A DNA stretch of 64,000 bases from an uncultured Chloroflexia bacterium (GCA_963806175.1 CAWDXA010000011.1:23227-87226), one strand, 5' to 3'; numbered from the stretch's first letter, positions 9,045 through 19,011 are shown. The notes: generated by a model from the sequence alone, not told the origin. Translations and numbers: made by a program.

Positions 9045-9708
9045 CTACGCCTTCCCTACGGGACGACCGTGACGCTGCCGGCGGTGCCGACCGGTCCGGA
9101 CGGCGCGCGCGCTGGCGTTCCCGCGGAAGCCGTTGGCGCCCGCGCCGAGCTGGAGCTGGACCTCGACCTTCGATCCGGGCTTCACGTCAGCGGCCGTCGC
9201 CGGGGCCTTGGTGTCGTAGGTCGTCTGGGCGCCGAGGGTGAACTCGAGGGTCTGGCCGTTGGCGGTCGTGATCGTCAGCGTGTCGCCGGTGACGGACTGC
9301 GACCGTGCCCGACAGGTTGAAGCCGCCGCCGCGCCCAAACGCGGCGCCCAGGCCACCCGACGCGTCGGGGGCGAAGCTCCCACCCGGGAAGTTGCCAGCT
9401 GGGAAGTTACCATTCGGGAAGTTACCGCCGCGGGTTCCGCCGGTGGCCGCCGGCGCGGTGTTGCGGCCGACCGCGAAGGCGATGCCACCGACGGCCACCA
9501 GCGCCGCCAGCCCCAGGACGACGTTGAGCCACATGCTGCCGGCCTTGCGTGGCTGGACGCGCACGACCGGCGTGCCCGGCGCGACTGTCTGGGTCGGGAA
9601 GGCCGCTCCGTACGTCGGCCCCGTCGCGGCGGGAGGCGTCGGCGCCGACGTCCCCGAGGAACTCGGCCCGGGCTCCGGGCTGGCGGGCTGGTTTGGATCG
9701 AATGTCAC
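9045..9708 (-). CDS. membrane-anchored protein with GNFP-type short repeats and C-terminal DUF5666-like beta-repeat domain; apparent +1/-1 frameshift near 9300
   Basis: Frames 9187..9708 (TM anchor, GGNFPNGNFPAGNFPGG repeats) and 9045..9488 (SVTGDTLTITTANGQTLEFTLGAQTTYDTKAPATAADVKPGSKVEV) join into one domain architecture paralogous to 4022..4921. Confidence 0.5.
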
Positions 9709-9720
9709 CTGGATCTCCTC

Positions 9721-10911
9721 CTATTCGTAGCGCAGGGCGATGATGGGGTCGAGGCGGGCGGCCTGCCGCGCCGGCCACACGCCGAACACGACGCCGACCG
9801 CCAGGCTGAACAGGACGGCCGCGGCGACCGTCGCCGGATTGAACACGAAGCCCCAGCCGGCGAGCTCCCCGATCACGGCCGAGGCGGCCAGACCGACGAC
9901 GATGCCGATCAGGCCGCCGAGCAGGGACAGGGTCAGCGCCTCGACCAGGAACTGGGCGAGGATGTCGCGGCCGCGGGCGCCGATGGCCTTGCGGATCCCG
10001 ATCTCGCGGGTCCGCTCGCGCACCGAGACGAGCATGATGTTCATGATCCCGATGCCCCCGACGACGAGCGAGATCGAGGCGATCCCGCCGAGCAGCAGGG
10101 TCAGGGTGCCGCTGATCGACGAAGCGGCGTCGAGCAACTGGGTCTGGTTGAAGACGCTGAAGTCGGCGGTCTCGGTCGAGCTCAGGCCGTGCCGTTCGGT
10201 CAGCAGGGCAGTGATCTCGGCGCTGGCAGTGGTCATCTCGTCGGCCTTGGCGACGCTCACTCCGATGCTCCGGACGCTGTCGCCGCCCACGAAGTACTTC
10301 GAGACAACCGCGACGGGCACCATGACCTGGTCGTCGGGGTTCTGGAAGCCGGTGCCGCCCTTCGCCTGGAGGATCCCGATGACCTCGAACGGCAAGCCGC
10401 CGATGGTCACCTCGGTCCCGAGGGCCGATGCGTCGAGACCGAGGTTGGTCGCGGTGGTGGCGCCGAGCACGACCACTCGGAGCTTCTGGTCCACCGTCAC
10501 GTCGGTCAGGAAGGCGCCCTGCCAGACGTCGTACGCCCGGACGCTGGCGTAGGCACCCGTCGTGCCGACGACCGTGACGGTCTCACTCTTCGTGCCGGCC
10601 TTGATCGTCTGGCTGGTCGAGATCTCGGGGGCGACGGCGCTGATCGATGCCAGGTCGGCAATCGCGGACGAATCTTCGAGCGTCAGGGTGGTCGATGTCG
10701 TCCCACGACCACCGGTCGGGCTTACCGTGAGGAGGTTAGTCCCGAGTCCGGCGAGCCGGGTGGTGATGTTCGATGTCGTGCCCTGCCCGACACCGACCAG
10801 GGCGACCACCGAGGCGACCCCGATGATCACCCCGAGCATGGTCAGGGCCGCGCGCATGCGACTGGTGCGGAGGCGGGACAGGGCCAGGCGGAGGAGTTCG
10901 GTGAGGCTCAT
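9721..10911 (-). CDS. MacB/FtsX-type ABC transporter permease with periplasmic domain
   Basis: 396 aa; N-terminal TM, large extracytoplasmic domain, C-terminal FtsX-like 3-TM bundle. Confidence 0.85.
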   Translation of the reverse strand: MSLTELLRLALSRLRTSRMRAALTMLGVIIGVASVVALVGVGQGTTSNITTRLAGLGTNLLTVSPTGGRGTTSTTLTLEDSSAIADLASISAVAPEISTSQTIKAGTKSETVTVVGTTGAYASVRAYDVWQGAFLTDVTVDQKLRVVVLGATTATNLGLDASALGTEVTIGGLPFEVIGILQAKGGTGFQNPDDQVMVPVAVVSKYFVGGDSVRSIGVSVAKADEMTTASAEITALLTERHGLSSTETADFSVFNQTQLLDAASSISGTLTLLLGGIASISLVVGGIGIMNIMLVSVRERTREIGIRKAIGARGRDILAQFLVEALTLSLLGGLIGIVVGLAASAVIGELAGWGFVFNPATVAAAVLFSLAVGVVFGVWPARQAARLDPIIALRYE

Positions 10912-11582
10912 GCGACGACCTGCCCGTCGCGCAGGTGGATCTGTCGGCTGGCCGCGACTGCAACGTCGGAGTCGTGAGTGATCAGCACGATCGTCCGCCC
11001 GGCGGCATTCAGCTCATGGAAGAGGGCGAGGACCTCCGCGCCTGAGTGGCTGTCAAGATTGCCGGTCGGCTCGTCCGCGAGGATCAGGGCCGGTTCGGTG
11101 ACGAGCGCCCGGGCCACGGCGACGCGCTGCTGCTGCCCGCCGGACAGCTCGGACGGTTCATGGTGAAGGCGGTCACCGAGGCCCAGGCGTTCCAGGGCGA
11201 CCTTCGCCCGTTCGGCCCGCTCGCGGCGCGAGACGCCCTGGTACAGCAGCGGCGTGGCGACGTTGTCGAGCGCCGAGGTCCGTGGCAACAGGTTGTACGA
11301 CTGGAAGACGAAGCCGATCGTCAGGCTGCGCAGTTTCGCCAGCCCGTCGTCGTCGAGCTCCGAGACCGGTGTCCCGGCGAGGGTGTACTGGCCGCCGGTC
11401 GGCCGGTCCAGGCAGCCCAGGATATTCATCATCGTGGTCTTGCCCGAGCCGGACGGCCCGACGATCGCCACGAACTCGCCCGGATGGACCTGGAGGCTCA
11501 CGTCGAGGAGGGCCGGGACTTCCATGTGGCCCATCGCGTAGACCCGGCTGACATGGTCGAGGGAGATGATCGCGTCTAGCAC
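10908..11582 (-). CDS. ABC transporter ATP-binding protein (MacB/LolD-type)
   Basis: Walker A GPSGSGKTT, signature LSGGQQQRVAVARAL, Walker B ILADEPTGNLD. GTG start at 11582 gives canonical N-terminus (VLDAIISLDHVSRVY); alternative ATG at 11651 would overlap the adaptor gene by 68 nt. Confidence 0.8.
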   Translation of the reverse strand: MLDAIISLDHVSRVYAMGHMEVPALLDVSLQVHPGEFVAIVGPSGSGKTTMMNILGCLDRPTGGQYTLAGTPVSELDDDGLAKLRSLTIGFVFQSYNLLPRTSALDNVATPLLYQGVSRRERAERAKVALERLGLGDRLHHEPSELSGGQQQRVAVARALVTEPALILADEPTGNLDSHSGAEVLALFHELNAAGRTIVLITHDSDVAVAASRQIHLRDGQVVA

Positions 11583-11583
11583 G

Positions 11584-13536
11584 TCAGTCTCCGTTCGGCG
11601 GACGGAAGTTGCCGCCGCCACCGCCAGTCGGGAAGCCGCCGAGCCCGCCACCCAGCCCGCCGCCTACCGTGGTCGTCGTCGCCGTCCCGGTTCGAGCCGT
11701 GCTCGTGCCTGTCACGACCGTCTGGCCCTCGGTCAGGCCGCTCTTGATCTCGGCCTGGGAGCTGGTGATGAGGCCCACCTCGACGGCCGTGGCGGTCGGG
11801 ACGCCGTCGGCGCCGAGCACCCGAACGGCGTAGTTGCCCGCGCTGCCGTTGAGCGCGGTTGCCGGCACAGAGAGGACGTTCGACGCCTCCGCCGTGGTCA
11901 CACTGATGTCGGCGCTCATGCCCGACGCGGTGCCATCGGGTACGGGGTCGATCGACACGATGACCGTGTAGTCGACGACGCCGCCGGTGCTCGACGACGT
12001 GCCGACCGGGTCGATCTCCTTGACCGTGCCGGTCGCCGTCTTGCTCAGGGCGGTGATCGAGACGGTCACGGCCTGGCCCACTTTCAGCGACGGGTAGTCG
12101 GTCTCGGTCACGCTTGCGCTGACCTCCATCTGGAGCGAGGCGACCGTCAGGTCCGCGCTGCCCGGGGCGGTCGCCCCGGGCACGATCCCGACCGCCGTGA
12201 CCACGCCGTCCACGGGGCTGACCAGAGTCGAGCGGTCGACGGTGTCCTTGGCGTCGTTGACCGATGTCGTTGCCGAGGCCACCGACGCCTTGTCGGTGGC
12301 GATGGTCGATGCGTCCGCCGGCGCGACCTTGGTCGAGTAGTTGTGCTGCGAGCTGGTTAGCGACAGCTGCGCGGACGTCAGCTGGTTGGCCGCCGACGTG
12401 CTCGCGGAGGTCACGCTCAGCGCGAGCGTGTCGAGTTGCTCCTGAGCCTGGTCGATCGCCGACTGGTCGGCCTTGATCGTCGTGTCCGATGGGCCGGCCG
12501 CCTGGTCGTCGGCGAGCTGCTGCTGCGCCTTGGCCAGCGCGGCCTGTGCCTGCGTCAGCTTGAGCTGGTTCTGCTGGCTCGAGCTCGATGACTGTGCGTT
12601 CGCGGCCTGGATCTGGAGGTTGAGGGTGTCGAGCTGCTGCTGGGCCTGGCCCACCGCCGACTGGTCCGCAGCGACGGCGGCCTGGTCCGCGCTGACTTTG
12701 GCCGGATCGACCGGGTCGGCGGTCTGATCGGCGTGGAGCTGGACCTGGTCGGACGCAAGCTTCTGCTGGGCCGCCGACAAGGTGCTCTGCGCCTGTTGCA
12801 GCTTCAGTTGGTTCTGCTGGCTGGTGATGCTGTCCGTGGATGATGCCCCGGAGATCTGGAGGTTGAGCGTGTCGAGTTGCTGCTGGGCCTGGTCGATCGC
12901 GGCCTGATCGGCCTTGATCGTCGCGGAGGCCGGGCCGGCCGCCTGGTCGTCGGCGAGCTGCTGCTGGGCGTTTGCGAGGGCAGTCTTCGCCTGGCTCAGC
13001 TTGAGCTCGTTCTGGTCGGCGGTTTGCGCCTGGCTTTGCTTCGCCACGGTCAGCTGCTGCTGGGCCTGTCGGATGGAGTCATAGGCAGCGGCCCGCTCGG
13101 CACCGGTCAACCCGGCCTTGTCGACGGCCAGGCGAGCCTTGGCGACGGCCAGGTTGGCCTTGGCCACGTCGAGCGCGGCCTTCGCGCTGGCGGTGTCCGC
13201 GGTCGCCAGGAGGTCGCCCTTGGCCACCCGGTCCCCGACGCCGACGGATACGTCCTTGACCAGCCAGCTGGTCGATGACGCTGCCGGGCTGGAGCTGGAG
13301 CTGGCGCTCGAGCTCGTCGACAGGACCGGATCGGATCCGAAGGCCAGCTCATAGGTGGCGGCTGACTTGACGCTGCCGGTGGCCACGACCCGCTGCGTTA
13401 CGTTGCCCCGGCTGACGGCGGCCGTCAGGTACGCGCTCGCGCCCGAGCCGCTGCTTCCAGGCGCGAACAGGACGTACCCGACCGTGCCGAGACCAATCGC
13501 CAGCAGCAGGACGACCGCCGCCACTTTCCACTTCAT
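11584..13536 (-). CDS. periplasmic adaptor subunit (HlyD/MacA-family membrane fusion protein) with extended triplicated coiled-coil and Gly-rich C-terminal tail
   Basis: Start chosen at MKWKVAAVVLLLAIGLGTV (TM anchor; ATG at 13534-13536); beta-barrel/lipoyl-like segments flank a long Q/A-rich coiled coil; ORF-track ORF 11584..14529 extends further upstream into Arg-rich non-protein-like sequence. Confidence 0.8.
   Translation of the reverse strand: MKWKVAAVVLLLAIGLGTVGYVLFAPGSSGSGASAYLTAAVSRGNVTQRVVATGSVKSAATYELAFGSDPVLSTSSSASSSSSPAASSTSWLVKDVSVGVGDRVAKGDLLATADTASAKAALDVAKANLAVAKARLAVDKAGLTGAERAAAYDSIRQAQQQLTVAKQSQAQTADQNELKLSQAKTALANAQQQLADDQAAGPASATIKADQAAIDQAQQQLDTLNLQISGASSTDSITSQQNQLKLQQAQSTLSAAQQKLASDQVQLHADQTADPVDPAKVSADQAAVAADQSAVGQAQQQLDTLNLQIQAANAQSSSSSQQNQLKLTQAQAALAKAQQQLADDQAAGPSDTTIKADQSAIDQAQEQLDTLALSVTSASTSAANQLTSAQLSLTSSQHNYSTKVAPADASTIATDKASVASATTSVNDAKDTVDRSTLVSPVDGVVTAVGIVPGATAPGSADLTVASLQMEVSASVTETDYPSLKVGQAVTVSITALSKTATGTVKEIDPVGTSSSTGGVVDYTVIVSIDPVPDGTASGMSADISVTTAEASNVLSVPATALNGSAGNYAVRVLGADGVPTATAVEVGLITSSQAEIKSGLTEGQTVVTGTSTARTGTATTTTVGGGLGGGLGGFPTGGGGGNFRPPNGD
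12420..12980. repeat. approximately 200-245 bp tandem DNA repeats (three copies) encoding coiled-coil repeats of the adaptor
   Basis: Near-identical segments ...gtgtcgagttgctgctgggcctggtcgatcgc...ggccggccgcctggtcgtcggcgagctgctgctg... recur at about 12424, about 12622 (partial) and about 12866. Confidence 0.5.
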
Positions 13537-13680
13537 CTGGATGCCTCTCTGTGTTGGATCGCTCGGTCCGCGATTCGACGGGCCGGCGGCGGGCCTGGGG
13601 TCCGCCGGGAGAACGGCAGACTCCATGCATTGCATCCCTGGCCTCTGAGACCATCGTGAGAAACGGCTGGTCGCGCCCTC

Positions 13681-15303
13681 GTGCCGGCCGGAGTCGCCCG
13701 GCGGGCCGCGGCCGTCACGCAGGACGCCGCGCCCGCCGGCGGGCCGCGGCCGTACGATCCGTTCGTGGAGCCCCAGATGGATCGGCATGAGGGTCACCGC
13801 CGCCGGCCTCGGCGCCCGCCGCCCGGCCTGGCGCAGCTCCCCTGGCGGCGACTCGTCAACCCGTTCCGGCCGGTCGAGATCCTGTCCGCCGACCAGGTCG
13901 AAGCGATCCATCGCGCCTCGCTGCGGGTCCTGGCCGAGATCGGGATGGAGGTGCTCGGGAATCGCGCACTGGACGCCTTCCGAGCGGCCGGCGCGACCGT
14001 GGACGCCCTGACCAGGAACGTCCGCCTGGATCCCGGCCAGGTGGAGGAGCTGGTGGCCCGGGCGCCCTCGCAGTTCGACCTGCACGCCCGCAACCCGGCG
14101 CGGGACATCACCTTCGGTGGCTCGAGCCTGGTGTTCGGCGCGGTCGGCGGTCCGGCCTTCGTGAGCGACCTCGATCGTGGCCGGCGCGCCGGCAACTTCG
14201 CCGACTTCGTCGACTACGTCCGGATCATCGGCGCGCTCGACGTGATCCACCAGGAGGGCGGCGGCCCGCTCGAGCCGACCGACCTCCCGGTCGCCACCCG
14301 GCACCTCGACATGTACCGCACGTTCGTGGTCGAGCTCGACAAGACGTGGCAGTGCCTGGGATTCGGCGCCGTACCGGTCCGAGACGCGCTCGACGTGGCC
14401 TGCCTGACCCGGGGCGTCGGCCTTGACACGCTGCTGCTGGAGCCGTCGCTGATGACGGTCATCAACACGAACTCCCCGCTCCGTCTGGACGGACCGATGA
14501 GCGACGGCTTGATCGAGATGGCGATCCACGGCCAGCCGGTGGTCGCCACGCCGTTCACGCTGGCCGGGGCGATGAGCCCGGTGTCACTGGCCGGCGCCAT
14601 CGCCCAACAGAACGCCGAGGCGCTGTTCCTGATCGCGCTCGCGCAGATCGTCCGGCCGGGCGCGCCGATGGTCTATGGCGCGTTCACCTCGAACGTCGAC
14701 ATGCGAACCGGAGCGCCGGCCTTCGGCACCCCCGAGTACGTCAAGGGCGCGCTCGCGAGCGGGCAGATGGCGCGACGCTACCGGTTGCCGTGGCGGTCCT
14801 CCAATGCGACGGCCTCCAACGTGGTGGACGCCCAGGCGGCCTACGAATCCGAGATGGCCGTGTGGGGCGCCGTGATGGGTGGCGTCAACCTGCTGTACCA
14901 GGGAGCCGGCTGGCTCGAGGGCGGGCTGACCGCGTCGTACGAGAAGCTGATCATCGACGCCGAGATCCTGCAGATGCTGTCCGAGGTCCTCCAGCCCATC
15001 GTGGTCGACGACGCCAGCCTCGGCTTCGACGCGATCGCGGACGTCGGGCCGGGTGGCCACTTCTTCGGGACCGCCCACACGCTCGAACGCTACGAGACCG
15101 CCTTCTACCGGCCGCTCGTCTCCGACTGGCGCAACTTCGAGACCTGGCAGGCCGACGGCTCGCGGACGGCGACCGAACGAGCCAACGGCATCTGGAAGCG
15201 CCTCCTCGTCGAGGCCGTCGCGCCGGAGCTGGATCCGCCGGTCCTCGAGGCCCTCGACGCCTTCGTGGCTCGCCGCAAGCGGGAGATCGCCGCCGCCGGC
15301 TGA
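13681..15303 (+). CDS. MttB-superfamily (trimethylamine methyltransferase-like, non-pyrrolysine) methyltransferase
   Basis: 540 aa with characteristic MttB-family length/composition (ILSADQVEAIHRASLRVLAEIGMEV..; Gly-rich core); alternative start at ATG 13777. Confidence 0.75.
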   Translation: MPAGVARRAAAVTQDAAPAGGPRPYDPFVEPQMDRHEGHRRRPRRPPPGLAQLPWRRLVNPFRPVEILSADQVEAIHRASLRVLAEIGMEVLGNRALDAFRAAGATVDALTRNVRLDPGQVEELVARAPSQFDLHARNPARDITFGGSSLVFGAVGGPAFVSDLDRGRRAGNFADFVDYVRIIGALDVIHQEGGGPLEPTDLPVATRHLDMYRTFVVELDKTWQCLGFGAVPVRDALDVACLTRGVGLDTLLLEPSLMTVINTNSPLRLDGPMSDGLIEMAIHGQPVVATPFTLAGAMSPVSLAGAIAQQNAEALFLIALAQIVRPGAPMVYGAFTSNVDMRTGAPAFGTPEYVKGALASGQMARRYRLPWRSSNATASNVVDAQAAYESEMAVWGAVMGGVNLLYQGAGWLEGGLTASYEKLIIDAEILQMLSEVLQPIVVDDASLGFDAIADVGPGGHFFGTAHTLERYETAFYRPLVSDWRNFETWQADGSRTATERANGIWKRLLVEAVAPELDPPVLEALDAFVARRKREIAAAG

Positions 15304-15321
15304 GCTCGCCGGCTCGAACGG

Positions 15322-17409
15322 TCAGTGCAGGGCGGCCGCCACCAGGTCGGCGTACAGCCTCGCGCCGGCCGGTCTCGGGTGATAGCCGTCGTTCCAGAAG
15401 AGGTCGGGCCGGCCTGCCGTGGCCGCGTTCCAATCGACCATCCGGGCGTTCGGGTAACGGGTCACGCCGCTGGCGATGATCCGGTTGTTGTGCGCCTCCC
15501 ATTCCCGGGGCACGCGGACGTTGATCCAGATGACGGTCGGAACGTCGCGCAGGGCCGCCATCACCTCGTCGAATTGCCCGTCGTAGAACGGCCCGTTGTT
15601 GCCGAGCTGGACGATCACCGTCCCGGCCAGGGCACCGGTTTCCTCGCGGTGCTCCAGGATCGTGATCCCCTGGTTGATCTGGCGTCCCACCGCGGCGTCC
15701 ACCCGTATCGGGCCGAGATCGTGGGCGAGCGCCGTCGCGCTCTGCAGCATCACCGATTCACCGAAGGCCAGGATCGGCGGGCTCGCCGATGGCGCAGGCG
15801 TCGGGGATGGGTCGGCCGCTGCCGTGGCCGGCGGCGGGTCGTCCGATGGTCCGGCGGTGTCCTGCGCCGGGCGCGATGACGCGGGCGCGCCCGGCGTGCC
15901 CGTCGGGGTCGGCGGGCCGGAGGCCGCCGCCGGGACGGGTGACCGCGACGGCTCGTGCGAGGCCGCCGTTGTTGCGGCTGCGGTGGTTGTTGCTGGGGAG
16001 GTCGCGACGGTGGTCGACGGCGATGGCGATGCGTCGGCCGGCAAGACGAGCCCGTCGATGGAGCCCGTGACCATCCCGGCCGGCGGCAACGGTGGCGTGG
16101 CCAGGACGACCGACACGACGACGGCCGACAGCAGCACGGCGACCGCCCCGGCCCGCGCCGGCACCGTCCAGCGCCGGGAGGGTCGGCCGGTCGCCGGCTC
16201 GGTTCGACGCAGACGCCGCCAGGCTCGTTCGATGGCCCCGTCCCGGATGGGCGCCTCGACGAACCGGAACGACACCTCGGCCACCAGCGCGGTCAGCCCG
16301 AGCCGCACCGCCAGCAAGGGGAGTGGATCGAGGGCAACGTCGATGCCCGGCCGGGTCAGCGTGAAGATCGGCCAGTGCCACAGGTAGATCCCGTACGACC
16401 GCGTCCCGACCCAGCGCATCGGACCCGCGTCGAGCAGCGGCCCCAGCCGGCTCCGTGGATGGACCGCCGCCGCGACCACGGCGACCGTCGCGATCGCCAC
16501 GAGCGCGAGGCCACCCTGGTAGAGGAACGGCTCGAAGGCATCGGCCAGGATGAAGAGCCCCGCCAACCCGGCGAGCCCGGCAATGCCCAGGACGTCGACC
16601 AGCCGGCCGACCCGGCGGCTCGTCCAGATCCTCGGCTCGTCGGCAGCCGTGCCGGACGTGTCGCGCGCTGCGCGTGCCGCCACCGTCGGCATCCACAGGA
16701 AGGCCAGAGCGGCCCCGAGCAGCAACCCCGTCAGCCGTGTATCGGTGCCGTAGTACAGGCGCGACGGGTCGGTCCCGGGCTGGTACAGCACCGCCATCCA
16801 GACCGCCGAACCTGCCGCGCCGACCAGCGTGAGCGCCAGCCCGACCCGCCGACCCGCCACGAGCAGGACCGACAGGACGACGGGCCACACCAGGTAGAAC
16901 TGCTCTTCGATCGCCAGCGACCAGAGGTGCATGAACAGGGACGGCCGGCCGATGGTCTCGAAGTACGACTGGTCGCCCGCGATGAGGTGCCAGTTGGTCA
17001 CATAGGCGAGCGCCGCGAGCGCATCCGGCCTCAGCCGGCCGATCTCCTCCGGCACCGCGACGACGGCGATCGCCAGCGTCGCCGCGAGCAGGAAGAACAG
17101 GGCGGGCAGCAGCCGGCGTGCCCGGCGCAGCCAGAAGCGGAGCAGATCGATCCGGCCCAGCCGTCGATGCTCGGCCAGGAGGAGGGCGGTGATCAGGTAG
17201 CCGCTGATCACGAAGAAGACCTCGACCCCGAGGAAGCCGCCCTGCGCGACCTCGAACCCGGCGTGATACGCCAGCACGGCCAGGACGGCGATCGCGCGGA
17301 GCCCGTCGAGGCCGGCCAGGTGCGACCACGGGCGAATGTCGCGCTCGGTCGCCGGTCGGACGGCGGCGGTCGGGGCGGCGTCCGGGGAGATCGCGACCGT
17401 CGGCGGCAT
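15322..17409 (-). CDS. acyltransferase-3 family membrane O-acyltransferase with C-terminal SGNH/GDSL hydrolase domain (OafA-like)
   Basis: N-terminal LDGLRAIAVLAVLAYHAG motif and about 10 TM helices; Pro/Ala-rich linker; C-terminal SGNH-like block (LAFGESVM..IVQLGNNG..DGYHP); upstream in-frame ATG at 17487 possible. Confidence 0.8.
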   Translation of the reverse strand: MPPTVAISPDAAPTAAVRPATERDIRPWSHLAGLDGLRAIAVLAVLAYHAGFEVAQGGFLGVEVFFVISGYLITALLLAEHRRLGRIDLLRFWLRRARRLLPALFFLLAATLAIAVVAVPEEIGRLRPDALAALAYVTNWHLIAGDQSYFETIGRPSLFMHLWSLAIEEQFYLVWPVVLSVLLVAGRRVGLALTLVGAAGSAVWMAVLYQPGTDPSRLYYGTDTRLTGLLLGAALAFLWMPTVAARAARDTSGTAADEPRIWTSRRVGRLVDVLGIAGLAGLAGLFILADAFEPFLYQGGLALVAIATVAVVAAAVHPRSRLGPLLDAGPMRWVGTRSYGIYLWHWPIFTLTRPGIDVALDPLPLLAVRLGLTALVAEVSFRFVEAPIRDGAIERAWRRLRRTEPATGRPSRRWTVPARAGAVAVLLSAVVVSVVLATPPLPPAGMVTGSIDGLVLPADASPSPSTTVATSPATTTAAATTAASHEPSRSPVPAAASGPPTPTGTPGAPASSRPAQDTAGPSDDPPPATAAADPSPTPAPSASPPILAFGESVMLQSATALAHDLGPIRVDAAVGRQINQGITILEHREETGALAGTVIVQLGNNGPFYDGQFDEVMAALRDVPTVIWINVRVPREWEAHNNRIIASGVTRYPNARMVDWNAATAGRPDLFWNDGYHPRPAGARLYADLVAAALH

Positions 17410-17543
17410 GTTCCTGCGGGGTGGCCGATAGCGGATCCGAACGGCCCCCGGACGGGACGATCCGGGAGCGGCGCCGGTTGCCGGCATCGTACCGCGTCGG
17501 GTCGGCCGGCGTCCGGCCGGCCCGGTCGGAAACCGGGCCGCCG

Positions 17544-18997
17544 CTAGGCGGTGGACCTGGGTCGGGCCTGCGCGTCGATCTCGGCCCCGAGGGCCGCCCG
17601 GATCCGCGCCAGCCGCTCGTCGTCGACCGGGACCGGATCGAGCAGTGTCCCGCGGCCGACGTCCCAGCGGTTCGCGACCTCGGTCGGTCGCTCGCCACGG
17701 AGCACCGCCGCGGCCTGGGCGGCGGCGCCCATCGCGACCGCTTCGGTCGCCTCCGGGATCTGCACCGCGCGCCCGGTCAGCCGGCGAACGACGGACCGCC
17801 AGGTCTCGCCTCGGGCGCCCCCGCCGATCAGCAGGAGCGGGGCGGCCGGATCGAGTCCGCCGACCGCCGTGCCGATGGCGTCGAACGCCACCAGCAACGA
17901 GGCGACCGCGCCCTCATAGGCTGCCATCAGGATCTGCTGCGGGGTGGTGGTGTGACGGAGGCCAAGGATCGTGCCGCTCGCCAGGGGCAGGTTCGGCGTT
18001 CGCTCGCCGTCGAGGTAGGGGAGCACGACCACGTCGCCGGCCGGCTCCACATCGTCGCGATCCAGCCCGAGCCAGCTCGCGACCCGATCGACCGCGACCG
18101 TGCAGTTGAGCGTGGCGGCGAGCGGCAGGAACCGGCCGGTCGCGTCGGCGAAGCCGGCCACGATCCCGCTCGCATCGGCCGCCGGTCGATCCGCGACCGC
18201 GAAGATCGTCCCGGACGTGCCGAGGCTCATCGCCGCCTGGCCGACGGTCAGGCCGAGACCGAGCGCGGCCCCGGCATTGTCCCCGGTGCCCGGGCCGACG
18301 AGCGTCCCCGGCGTCAGCCCCGTGTCGGCCGCGGCCGCCGCGGTCACCGTGCCTGCCACGTCGGCCGGCCCGACGACCACCGGCAGGCGATCCTCGGGGA
18401 GCACGACCTCCGGCAGCGACAGGATCTCGTCGAGGTACCGGCCGGTCGCCGGCGACCACCAGCCCGTGCCGGAGACGTCGCTGCGGTCGGTGGTGCCACG
18501 CCCGGACAGCCGTTCCGTGACGTAGTCGTGCGGCAGCCGGATCGCCGCGGTCGCCCGCGCGACGTCAGGCTCGGTGCGCCGGAGCCAGGCCCACTTGCAG
18601 ACGGTGAACGAGGCGACGGGCCGCAGCCCGGTGAGCGCGCCCAGGTCGCGGCCCCCAGCCGCTCCGTCAGGCGCTCGGCGTCCGGCGCGGCCCGGGTGTC
18701 GTTCCACAGCGACGCAGGCCGGAGCGGCGTCCCGTGCCCGTCGAGCGCCACCAGCCCATGCTGCTGGCCGGCAACCGCGATCGCCGCGATCTCGCCGGCG
18801 CGACCGGTGGCGGCCAGGGCAGTCCGGAGCGCAGACCACCACTCGCGCGGGTCCGTCTCTCGCGCGCCACCGGTGCCGGTGACGGTGTGTCGACCCTGAC
18901 CGCTGGCCACGATGACGCCACTGTCCGCATCGACCACGACGACCTTGGTCGCCTGGGTCGAGCTATCCACGCCGGCAACGAGCGAGCTGTTCGGCAT
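17544..18997 (-). CDS. xylB: xylulokinase (FGGY family), with apparent 1-bp frameshift at a G5 run near 18627-18632
   Basis: N-terminus MPNSSLVAGVDSSTQATKVVVVD (frame of ORF 18344..19021) then ..LTGLRPVASFTVCKWAWLRRTEPDV..LPHDYVTERLSG..LPYLDGERTPNLP (frame of ORF 17544..18842); junction AERLTERLG/GRDLGAL lies in ctggggg. Confidence 0.7.
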
Positions 18998-19011
18998 CTG
19001 TCTCCTTCTGG

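Noticed and set aside
9238-10977. 579-aa plus-strand ORF
   Set aside because: Antisense to MacB-type permease with clear FtsX/MacB similarity; Asp/Arg/Gly-rich junk.
12420-12980. Tandem repeats considered as possible CRISPR array
   Set aside because: Repeats are about 200+ bp, imperfect, in-frame coding sequence for coiled-coil heptads of the adaptor protein; no short direct repeats with unique spacers anywhere in the window.
13537-14529. Upstream extension of the 981-aa ORF containing the adaptor gene
   Set aside because: Sequence upstream of MKWKVAAVV is Arg-rich with no protein-like character and overlaps the MttB gene on the other strand; start assigned at the TM-anchor Met.
15758-17698. 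646-aa minus-strand and 530-aa plus-strand (15955..17547) ORFs
   Set aside because: Alternate-frame/antisense reads of the OafA acyltransferase region; extreme Arg/Gly/Pro content.
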